Below are positions 56,827 through 64,000 of a DNA stretch of 64,000 nucleotides, in pieces; position 1 is the stretch's first letter, and each line of letters opens with the position of its first letter. The DNA comes from an uncultured delta proteobacterium (GTDB taxonomy: Bacteria > Desulfobacterota > Binatia > Binatales > Binataceae). The translations under genes and the position numbers were made by a program. The stretch is taken from assembly GCA_963808235.1 (NCBI GenBank), contig CAWEEQ010000004.1, forward strand, positions 2,272,001-2,336,000, read 5' to 3'. Under the pieces are notes generated by a model. The model was not told the origin of the DNA, did not search any database, and saw only the letters and a list, made by a program, of their open reading frames with translations.

Positions 56827-57177
56827 ATGCTCGAAGAGCACAAATTCTTTACCGGGATGTTCGCATTCGGAGGTCGCGGGCTGGAAGAGCCGGTCAGCTT
56901 GGAGCCCAAGGCGGTCTATACAGTGCCACCGAACAAACGCGCGCAATTCATCTACGGACGGATCGGCAACCCGACGACCGAGTTTCTCTATGTGGCGCTC
57001 CAGCGCGACGGCAAATCGGTTCGTTTGTTCCCGTGCGGTCCGAAGAGCGGGATTACCGTACCGCTCGCGATCATCGATGACTGCCTGCCCGGCAGCATGG
57101 TCGAACTGAAGATCGCGGCGCCCGAGGGGCTCGCGGCGAAGGTGATGATAGACGTCGGCTTCGTGGAGTTCGAATGA
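56827..57177 (+). CDS. Small conserved beta-sandwich protein coupled to the NirB-like reductase
   Basis: FFTGMFAFGGRGL...YTVP...LQRDGKSVRLFP.GPK...VPLAII.D...IAAPEG...DVGFVEF; ATGA overlap with the next gene. Confidence 0.75.
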   Translation: MLEEHKFFTGMFAFGGRGLEEPVSLEPKAVYTVPPNKRAQFIYGRIGNPTTEFLYVALQRDGKSVRLFPCGPKSGITVPLAIIDDCLPGSMVELKIAAPEGLAAKVMIDVGFVEFE

Positions 57178-59273
57178 AGAACAAGCGCAATCTGGTCGTG
57201 ATTGGCAACGGCATGGCGGGAGCGCGGACCGTGGAAGAGATTCTCGCCCGCGGCGGCGCCGAGATGTTCAACATCGCGATGTTCGGGGGCGAGCCGTTCG
57301 GAAACTACAACCGGATCATGTTGTCCGGGGTGCTTGACGGGTCTCACAAGGCGGCCGAAATCGTTCTCAATCCGCTCGCATGGTATGAGCAGAACCATAT
57401 CCGACTGCATGCGGGTGTTCGCGCCGCGCGGATCTTGCGCTTCGCCCGCCGCGTGCTCGGAGCCGACGGATCCGAAGAGTCATATGACAAGCTTATCATC
57501 GCGACCGGCAGCCGCTCCTTCATTCCGCCGATTCCCGGGTTGACGCAAAGCGACGGCGGCATGAAACCGGGCGTCTTCGGGTTTCGCTCGCTTGAAGATT
57601 GCCGACGGATGGCAGACTATGCGCACGGCAAAAAGCGCGCGGCGGTAATCGGCGGCGGTCTGCTCGGGCTTGAATGCGCGCACGGGCTGCAAAGCCTCGG
57701 CCTCGAAGTCCACGTCATGCATCGCTCGACCCACTTGATGAATCAACAGCTCGACCCTGCGGCCGGCGCGATCCTGCGGTCGCTGGTCGAAGAAAAGGGC
57801 ATCCGCGTGCATCTGGGGGCGGACACGGCCGCGGTCCTCGGGGACGAGCGCGTCAGCGGACTCGAATTCAAGAACGGCGAGACGCAAGAGTGCGAGCTGG
57901 TGGTCTTCGCCACCGGAATTCGGCCCAATGCCGAAATCGGGACCCAATGCGGCCTCACTGTCCAGCTTGCGATCGTGGTCAACAACCAGATGCGCAGCGA
58001 TGACGATCCGCACATCTACGCGGTCGGCGAGTGCGTGCAGCATCGCGGGCAGACCTACGGCCTGGTGGCGCCGATATGGGAACAGGCCAAGGTGCTCGCC
58101 GATCATATAACCGGAACCAATTCCAACGCGTCGTATTTCGGCTCCAAGATCGCGACCCGGCTCAAGGTCGCGGGCGTCGAGTTGGCCTCGATGGGACTGA
58201 CGGAGCCCGTCGAGGCGCGCGACGAGGTAGTGCAGTTTGCCGAACCGAAGCATGGGACCTACAAGAAGCTGATCATCCGCGACGGTCGCCTGATAGGCGG
58301 TATATTGCTCGGCGACAGTGGCAAGGCTGCCTACCTGCTGCATGCATTCGAGAGCGACGCGCAGCTGCCCGATGAACGAATCCATTTGCTGTTCGATATT
58401 GGCGCCGCGCCCAAACGAGTGACGCTCGATCAGATCCCGCTTGATGCGCAGATCTGCAATTGCGAGAAGATCAACAAGGGCGCGATCGTCGAATGCGTGA
58501 AGAGCGGTCTGCGCACGGTGGAAGAGGTAAAAGCGGCGACGCGCGCCGGTCTTGCATGCGGGTCGTGCGCGGCGATGGTCGGCGAGATCGTCGAGTGGGC
58601 GTGCGGCGGTCAAAATTCCGCGCCCGCTCAGGAAGAAGCGGAATTGCCGGGTTCGGATGGAGAGCATGAGCTACAGGACAAGTACGGCACGAGCTTCCAG
58701 GCACTCGCGTTCTACAACCATCGCGTGCTGGACCACCTGAATTCCGCGATGCAGGAATTCATCGTTCAGCAGGAAATGATGTTCGTCGGAACTGCGGACA
58801 GGAACGGGAACGCGGACGCCTCGTTCCGGGCGGGGCACGCGAACTTTGTTAAAGTGCTCGACCAACGAACCATCGCCTACCCGGAGTTTCGCGGCAACGG
58901 GGTGATGTCGAGCATGGGAAACATTTCGGAAAATCCGCACGTCGGGCTGATGTTCATCGATTTCGGGAAGGACCGGATCGGTCTGCACGTGAACGGAAGC
59001 GCACGCATCGTCGAGCACGACGAGTTCGTGCGATTGCTGGAGGCTCGTTCGGCCGCGAACGTTGTGCTCGGGGACTCGATGCTTACTGACCTGATCGCCA
59101 AGGATGCCGGCAACCTCGAGCGCTGGGTGATCGTTTCAGTCGACGAGGCATTCATGCACTGTTCCAAGCATATCCCGCTGATGAAGAAGGCCGACCTTGA
59201 AGTGAGTTGGGGAACCGACGACGTGAAGGCCAAAGGCGGAGATTACTTCGGCGCTGACCGAGTCGGGAAGTGA
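57174..59273 (+). CDS. NirB-like FAD/NAD(P)H oxidoreductase, BFD-like [2Fe-2S] and PNPOx-like split-barrel fusion
   Basis: VIGNGMAG, YNRIMLS, IGGGLLGLE, AVGEC; ICNC...AGLACGSC; VGTAD..G..DASFRAG, YPEFRGNG, NPHVGLMFIDF, EAFMHCSKHIP. Confidence 0.85.
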   Translation: MKNKRNLVVIGNGMAGARTVEEILARGGAEMFNIAMFGGEPFGNYNRIMLSGVLDGSHKAAEIVLNPLAWYEQNHIRLHAGVRAARILRFARRVLGADGSEESYDKLIIATGSRSFIPPIPGLTQSDGGMKPGVFGFRSLEDCRRMADYAHGKKRAAVIGGGLLGLECAHGLQSLGLEVHVMHRSTHLMNQQLDPAAGAILRSLVEEKGIRVHLGADTAAVLGDERVSGLEFKNGETQECELVVFATGIRPNAEIGTQCGLTVQLAIVVNNQMRSDDDPHIYAVGECVQHRGQTYGLVAPIWEQAKVLADHITGTNSNASYFGSKIATRLKVAGVELASMGLTEPVEARDEVVQFAEPKHGTYKKLIIRDGRLIGGILLGDSGKAAYLLHAFESDAQLPDERIHLLFDIGAAPKRVTLDQIPLDAQICNCEKINKGAIVECVKSGLRTVEEVKAATRAGLACGSCAAMVGEIVEWACGGQNSAPAQEEAELPGSDGEHELQDKYGTSFQALAFYNHRVLDHLNSAMQEFIVQQEMMFVGTADRNGNADASFRAGHANFVKVLDQRTIAYPEFRGNGVMSSMGNISENPHVGLMFIDFGKDRIGLHVNGSARIVEHDEFVRLLEARSAANVVLGDSMLTDLIAKDAGNLERWVIVSVDEAFMHCSKHIPLMKKADLEVSWGTDDVKAKGGDYFGADRVGK

Positions 59274-59277
59274 GGCA

Positions 59278-60348
59278 TCAGAAGTTGCGCCGATAGGTCA
59301 CGTAGTTCGCGCAGACTTTGGCGCCCAGCTTTTCCGCCGTGCGCCGCGACGGCCAGTTGTCGTCGAGGACCAGCGTGTAGCTCAGGTACTTCGAACCGCT
59401 TTTGATCAAGTGCAAGTACGAATACGCCGCCATCGCGAGGTTCACGCCGCGGTGGCGGGCTGACTCGAGCACGCCGATGCCGAGGAAGTTCAACTTCTCG
59501 TGATCGCCGAGCTTGCGTCCCACTTTCACAATCGCAGCGTCCGGATTCGCCGGCGTAACCATCAGCGCGCCAACTGGTTGGCCGTCGCGATAGGCGAGCA
59601 CCGAGGTCTCGAGCGCGCCTGACATCGCGAAGAAATCGAACAAGTACGCCAACTCGGCGGTCGTGAACGGTGTCGTGCCCCAATGGCGTGCGAACGCCTG
59701 GTTCCAGGTAGTTTCGAAATCGCGGAGCCGCGAACCGGCTGGCAGGTCTTTCATCGCAACGATTTCAAACCCCGCGGCGCGGCATCCTTCGAGTGCGCTT
59801 TCATAGCGCGCGACCAGTTCGGGCGTGACCTTAATCTTGTAGTCGACCCATCCCTGCTCGGTTTCGAAGCCGGCATCTTTGAGTAGCGCGTGATAGTAAC
59901 CGGGATTCTGCCGCGCGATGTCGGGGGGCAGGGATTCGTAGTCGTCGATCACGAACGGGAATTCGAGCAGTCCGAATCCGGCGCGAGCCGCGATTGCGCC
60001 CTGCCCTTTAAGCCACTCCGACGCTTCGTCGATCATCGCTCTAACACTCGCGCTCGTGCCCGGCATCGCCTCGAACATCACGATATGTCCGAGCGCTTCA
60101 TTCCAATGAAGCTGGTAACGGCGATCTATTACCGCGACCGCGCGCGCCGCTATCCGGCCGTCTACGCGCGCCACGAACGGGCGAATGATACGGCCCTCTG
60201 CAAACGGCCCTTCACCCATCAGGAGCGGCAGTTGCACCGCAACCATCGCGGGCCATCGCGCGCTGCGGTACTCATAAACCCGATCCTGAAATAAAATGAA
60301 CTCGGTCAGCGCTTCTTCGCCTGACGGACTCTCGATGTTGAATGCCAA
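59278..60348 (-). CDS. Tandem GNAT-fold protein (YghO-like)
   Basis: IAARAVA, GHIVMFEA, NPGYYHALL..AGF, FLGIGV...RHRGV, LVLDDN. Confidence 0.7.
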   Translation of the reverse strand: MAFNIESPSGEEALTEFILFQDRVYEYRSARWPAMVAVQLPLLMGEGPFAEGRIIRPFVARVDGRIAARAVAVIDRRYQLHWNEALGHIVMFEAMPGTSASVRAMIDEASEWLKGQGAIAARAGFGLLEFPFVIDDYESLPPDIARQNPGYYHALLKDAGFETEQGWVDYKIKVTPELVARYESALEGCRAAGFEIVAMKDLPAGSRLRDFETTWNQAFARHWGTTPFTTAELAYLFDFFAMSGALETSVLAYRDGQPVGALMVTPANPDAAIVKVGRKLGDHEKLNFLGIGVLESARHRGVNLAMAAYSYLHLIKSGSKYLSYTLVLDDNWPSRRTAEKLGAKVCANYVTYRRNF

Positions 60349-60538
60349 GTGTGGATTCTCCAGCCGAAAATTAATCGTCGCGAGGGAGTTTCGCGCGGCT
60401 CGCCTTGTTTCAGATCTCGGCGTGCGCTAACCCGTATGCAAGGGCGAGCGTAGCGCCGCGCGTGTCAGAGGGTCAAACATTTGCACAATCGCCACGCGCT
60501 TCGAGCAATCGCCAACCGCCGGCCAAGGAGCGAATTGT

Positions 60539-60751
60539 ATGGTTGAGAAAACGATCGAGCTTACCGGTATCTCGGCCAACTCCGTCGAAGATGCGGTGCA
60601 GTTAGCGGTCTCCCGAGCCGGCGTAACGATCAAGGGCATCCACACGGCGCACGTCGAGGATATCGCGGCGACGGTGGAGGCCAACAAAGTAGTGCGCTGG
60701 AAGGTCAGAATTAAGGCGACCTTCCAGGTCAAGGACGAGCTTCACGAGTGA
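60539..60751 (+). CDS. Dodecin family flavin-binding protein
   Basis: KTIELTGIS.NSVEDAVQLAVSRA..TIKGI, WKVRIKATF. Confidence 0.85.
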   Translation: MVEKTIELTGISANSVEDAVQLAVSRAGVTIKGIHTAHVEDIAATVEANKVVRWKVRIKATFQVKDELHE

Positions 60752-60844
60752 ACGAGATCCGCGCGCTACTCGCGCGGCACGCAATCAAGGCGGCGGAGCG
60801 CAAGGACTTAAACGTCATGCGAAACCGCCACCGAAGAGCAGTAG

Positions 60845-61843
60845 ATGGCTACCAAAATAGTTGAGGTTCACCCGGGTATCTACGAAATCTTTCTGCCGCT
60901 GCCGATGCGGCCGACAATCATCAATGTGTACCTGGTCGATTGTCATGGCGCGTGGACGCTTATCGATACCGGGATGCATACGGACGACAGCATCGCGGCG
61001 CTGGAAGCGGCGTTTGCGGAAGTCGGAATCAAGGTCGAGGATCTGGACGCACTGATCGCGACTCATCACCATATCGATCACTTCGGCGCGTCGGGCGAGA
61101 TTCGCCGGCGCAGTCATGCGGTAACGCACATCCATCGCCTTGAGGCAGAACGCGCGGGAAGGATGATCGAGTTCGGGAAAATGAGTCCCAACGATCGGCC
61201 TGAATCGCGAGCTTTCTTCGCGCGCCACGGATTTCCGATCGAACAGTTCTCGCCGGCCGGGATGCGTCCGGCGTGGATGGGAACCTCGATGTACGGACCG
61301 GTGACCAAGCCCGACAAGTTCATCGACGACCACGACGTGGTCAAAGTCGGGGACCGCGAATTCGAAGTCATCTGGACGCCGGGCCATTCGCCGGGACACA
61401 ACGTGATTTACCTGCGTAAGGAAAAAGTGATGATCGTCGGCGATCACTTGCTGCCCAAAATTACCCCGCACGTCGGCATCTACCCGGACAATGTGGGCGG
61501 CAATCCGCTCGGCGACTTTATAAATTCACAGCTCAAGGTGCAGAAGTTCGACGTTGAGCTGGTCCTCCCCGCGCACGGCGGCATCTACCACGACCATCGT
61601 CATCGCGCGAATCAACTTATCGAGCATCACCGCTATCGCGAAGCCGAGATGCTCGATCTGACGCGCAAAGCCCCGCAGACGGCATATGAAGTGGCGAGCC
61701 AGGTCTTCGGCGGGGAAGAAAGACCCATATTCCACGTGATGGCTGCGACCTTTGAAACCCTCGCGCACCTGGAACTGGCCTGTTTCGAGGGCCGGGCGCG
61801 CAAGTCCGAACGGGGCGAACGGACGGTGTTCCAAGCATTATGA
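60845..61843 (+). CDS. MBL-fold metallo-hydrolase
   Basis: LIDTG, THHHIDHFG, TPGHSPGH, GDHLL, LPAHG. Confidence 0.9.
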   Translation: MATKIVEVHPGIYEIFLPLPMRPTIINVYLVDCHGAWTLIDTGMHTDDSIAALEAAFAEVGIKVEDLDALIATHHHIDHFGASGEIRRRSHAVTHIHRLEAERAGRMIEFGKMSPNDRPESRAFFARHGFPIEQFSPAGMRPAWMGTSMYGPVTKPDKFIDDHDVVKVGDREFEVIWTPGHSPGHNVIYLRKEKVMIVGDHLLPKITPHVGIYPDNVGGNPLGDFINSQLKVQKFDVELVLPAHGGIYHDHRHRANQLIEHHRYREAEMLDLTRKAPQTAYEVASQVFGGEERPIFHVMAATFETLAHLELACFEGRARKSERGERTVFQAL

Positions 61844-61960
61844 GCACGTTACAGGGGTTTGCTAATTCTTCCATTCGGTGTATTTTGACGCTGCTCATAA
61901 AGTGAGCGGCGTTAAACTTGTTAGCTGTGCGGAGGGGTCGCTAGATTGAAGGAGGATGCC

Positions 61961-62341
61961 ATGAAAGGGAAGATTGGTTTAGTGCTGGCCTCGGGGCTGG
62001 CATTATTGGTCGCCGGATGCGCTAGCCAGGGAGGCGGCACATCATCTTCGTCGGCACCAGGTGGGGCGGCTGCCGCAGCGCAGAGTGCCAGCGCGCCGGC
62101 TGCTACCAGAAATTTCAACCTGGCCGTCAAGTGCCCGGGCGTCCATTGGGAAAAGTCCCACGGCTGGTCGGATGCGCAAATCATGCAGCAGGAATCGCTT
62201 GACGAGGGCGACATTCCCGCTTGTGAACAATGGGTAGCAGCTCAACCCAAGGGCTACGTGCCTCCTCCGCCCGGAGGAGCAACGGCATCGGCCGCGGCAC
62301 CTGCCCCGGCGGGTGGCGCTCCAGCACCGACGAAGCAGTAA
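61961..62341 (+). CDS. Small Ala/Pro-rich lipoprotein
   Basis: RBS aaggagg; lipobox LVAG-C. Confidence 0.75.
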   Translation: MKGKIGLVLASGLALLVAGCASQGGGTSSSSAPGGAAAAAQSASAPAATRNFNLAVKCPGVHWEKSHGWSDAQIMQQESLDEGDIPACEQWVAAQPKGYVPPPPGGATASAAAPAPAGGAPAPTKQ

Positions 62342-62411
62342 TATCCTCGCTTGAGAGGGGCACCCAGCGTAAATCACGCGGGTCAAACCCGGCCTCAGGA
62401 GAGCAAAAACT

Positions 62412-62453
62412 AAGGCGGCGTGGCATCTTCGATCAGATGCCGCGCCGCCTTTC
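62412..62453. terminator. Hairpin terminator between convergent genes
   Basis: aaggcggcgtggcatct-tcgatc-agatgccgcgccgcctt. Confidence 0.75.
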
Positions 62454-62504
62454 TATTATGCGGAAGTTTCGCTGGGCGCGATTGGCGCCAGTTTCCAGTT
62501 CGTG

Positions 62505-62939
62505 TTAGCGAGCGCGCACGGCGCGCTTTGCATCGCGACGGGCCGGAGCGCTGATTCGTCCGCTGCGCACCACTGGCGAGCGGCGCGCCAAACGACGAGT
62601 GGACACGCCCGCAAGCTGCTGACTGCGCCAGTCACGCAAACCACTGCGCAGGAATTGCGGCTCGATCCCGAGCGTCTCGCAAACCGTCTCGAACGAGAAC
62701 GGTCCTTCTCCACCCTCGCCGCACAGCCAATGTTCAGCCTCGCTGAATAAGCGCTTGCGAGGACCGCCCTTGGCGTCGGCGTTGTTCTGAAAGCATCTGA
62801 GGGCGTCTTCAAGGATCGCCATCATCAGCTTCTTCACAGGCCGGATCGAACTATCATCGCGGCGGCTGTCGTAGAACTGCTCGGGCGTAAGCACGTCCGG
62901 CACAAAGAGGTTACCGATTGCGGTGTTTTCCCATTCCAT
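62505..62939 (-). CDS. Conserved hypothetical helical protein (possible regulator)
   Basis: PDVLTPEQFY, KLMMAILEDALRCFQ, EAEHWL, FSFETVCETLGIEP..LRSGL; basic tail. Confidence 0.7.
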   Translation of the reverse strand: MEWENTAIGNLFVPDVLTPEQFYDSRRDDSSIRPVKKLMMAILEDALRCFQNNADAKGGPRKRLFSEAEHWLCGEGGEGPFSFETVCETLGIEPQFLRSGLRDWRSQQLAGVSTRRLARRSPVVRSGRISAPARRDAKRAVRAR

Positions 62940-63035
62940 CGTTCTTTGCCTTCTCACCCGCCCGCCCCCCGCGCTCAAGCGCCCGGCGATCGGCATCGGG
63001 ATTCTAATTAAACGGTCTTCTTTCACCACTACTTA

Positions 63036-63052
63036 CGCAATGATCATGCCGA
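63036..63052 (-). promoter_or_regulatory. Sigma54 (-24/-12) promoter
   Basis: Minus strand TCGGCATGATCATTGCG = GG-N10-GC. Confidence 0.65.
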
Positions 63053-63155
63053 TTTGATGAGCAGGTGCCGCGATCATAATTTACGCAGCAAGACAAGGGG
63101 CGGAGGATGCAAATTAGGCGTTTTAGTTGTTGGAGAATTCAAAAAATATCATACT

Positions 63156-63185
63156 TTTCGCAAAACTGTTCCGCATTTTGCGAAA
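63156..63185. promoter_or_regulatory. Inverted repeat, candidate enhancer-binding-protein site
   Basis: TTTCGCAAAA-N10-TTTTGCGAAA about 105-135 bp upstream of the sigma54 motif, in an AT-rich tract. Confidence 0.5.
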
Positions 63186-63346
63186 TATTGCGCTGTGCGC
63201 GATTGTTGACTCATTTGCGACATGCGTTACGCTTTGGCCACAAATGAGCGCCAAGCGTCGGTATTTTGCCGCCCGCACAGAACTGACTCTGCCGCGCTAC
63301 TTTTGTGCGAATTTAGAAACAAGCTGACAGATCGGATCAGTCGCGG

Positions 63347-64000
63347 CTACTGAACGCTGTCGGGACCGCCACTGGTCCCGGCTGGGCCGCGCTTTCGCTC
63401 CTCGAGTTTGAAGGTCAGCACATCGAGCAGGCAATCCACCCGATCTGCCATCGCTTCGAGCATCGTCTGCTTCTCGAGCGGCGTAACGTCGAGATGGAAG
63501 CACAGGAAGTTGATCAATTCAGCACCGCGAAGGCCGCGCTGCTCAACGATCGTGCGCCACGCCTCTTGTGCAGGCTGACCCAGGTAGCGGAGGAGCATTT
63601 CGCGCAGTGCGTCCATGGTCTCGGCGTCGCAATCAAGCGCGCCACGGCGCACGGGGCACCAATTCACCTCGGCCTGTCGATACGGACGATCGCGAATCTC
63701 GCGAATGATTCGAAACTCTGCGACGCCCTCGAGCACCAGGTTGTAGCGGCCGTCAGGAAGTTTGACCAGGCCGCCTATTCGCCCAGCGCATCCGACTTCG
63801 AAGATGTCCGGAAAGTTGTCCTTGTCCTGCTCAAATTCGGCCTTGAGCAGCATCATGCCGATCATACCGTGAGTGTCGGAGACGTCCGCGATCATCTCGC
63901 GATAGCGCGGTTCGAAAATGTGCAGCGGCACGCTCAACCCGGGGAACAGCACAAGGTTCGGCAGCGGGAAGATCGGAATGATAGTGGGTACGTCAGCCAC
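63347..64000 (-). CDS. LON peptidase substrate-binding (LON N) domain protein
   Basis: IPIFPL.NLVLFPG..VPLHIFEPRYREM, LPDGRYNL, EKQ.MLE; GTG start at the window edge. Confidence 0.9.
   Translation of the reverse strand: MADVPTIIPIFPLPNLVLFPGLSVPLHIFEPRYREMIADVSDTHGMIGMMLLKAEFEQDKDNFPDIFEVGCAGRIGGLVKLPDGRYNLVLEGVAEFRIIREIRDRPYRQAEVNWCPVRRGALDCDAETMDALREMLLRYLGQPAQEAWRTIVEQRGLRGAELINFLCFHLDVTPLEKQTMLEAMADRVDCLLDVLTFKLEERKRGPAGTSGGPDSVQ

Noticed and set aside
57174-59273. Calling this gene nitrite reductase nirB
   Set aside because: No siroheme/[4Fe-4S] catalytic domain and no nirD; the C-terminus is a split-barrel domain.

Overview
High-GC bacterial chromosomal window. The gene content (F420 genes cofC plus two LLM enzymes, Mla outer-membrane lipid transport, sigma54-type promoters, EF-P with a PGNWRG loop) resembles Binatota or deltaproteobacteria-like soil lineages; this is inference. 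Bases 1-8350 form a decaying accessory block abutting the 3' end of tRNA-Leu(TAA). It holds a phosphoketolase, two tandem P3A-type H+ ATPases, a collapsed ppk2 remnant, a SpoIIAA-like gene, and SulP and methyltransferase pseudogenes. The rest is mostly core genome: RNase II and HII, the pdhABC-lpdA-lipB-lipA operon, mlaEFDCA, a DnaQ-UvrC fusion and AlkD, sufT, rplU-rpmA-obgE-proBA-nadD-rsfS (interrupted by an LLM gene and a higBA module), ygfZ, efp, a radical SAM gene, an orphan Rieske protein, a sulfatase, dodecin and an MBL hydrolase. The best candidate for an undescribed system is the minus-strand operon at 41825-46878. It encodes an amidohydrolase, two crotonase-family proteins (one degenerate) and an acyl-AMP ligase, bracketed by two paralogous tiny CxxC...CC proteins. 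One of these (47 aa, absent from the ORF track) ends in KEAKPLPSSD and may be a LysW-like C-terminal-carboxylate carrier. A second candidate is a NirB-like FAD/NADH-[2Fe-2S] reductase fused to a split-barrel flavin domain. No CRISPR array, rRNA, integrase or transposase was seen.
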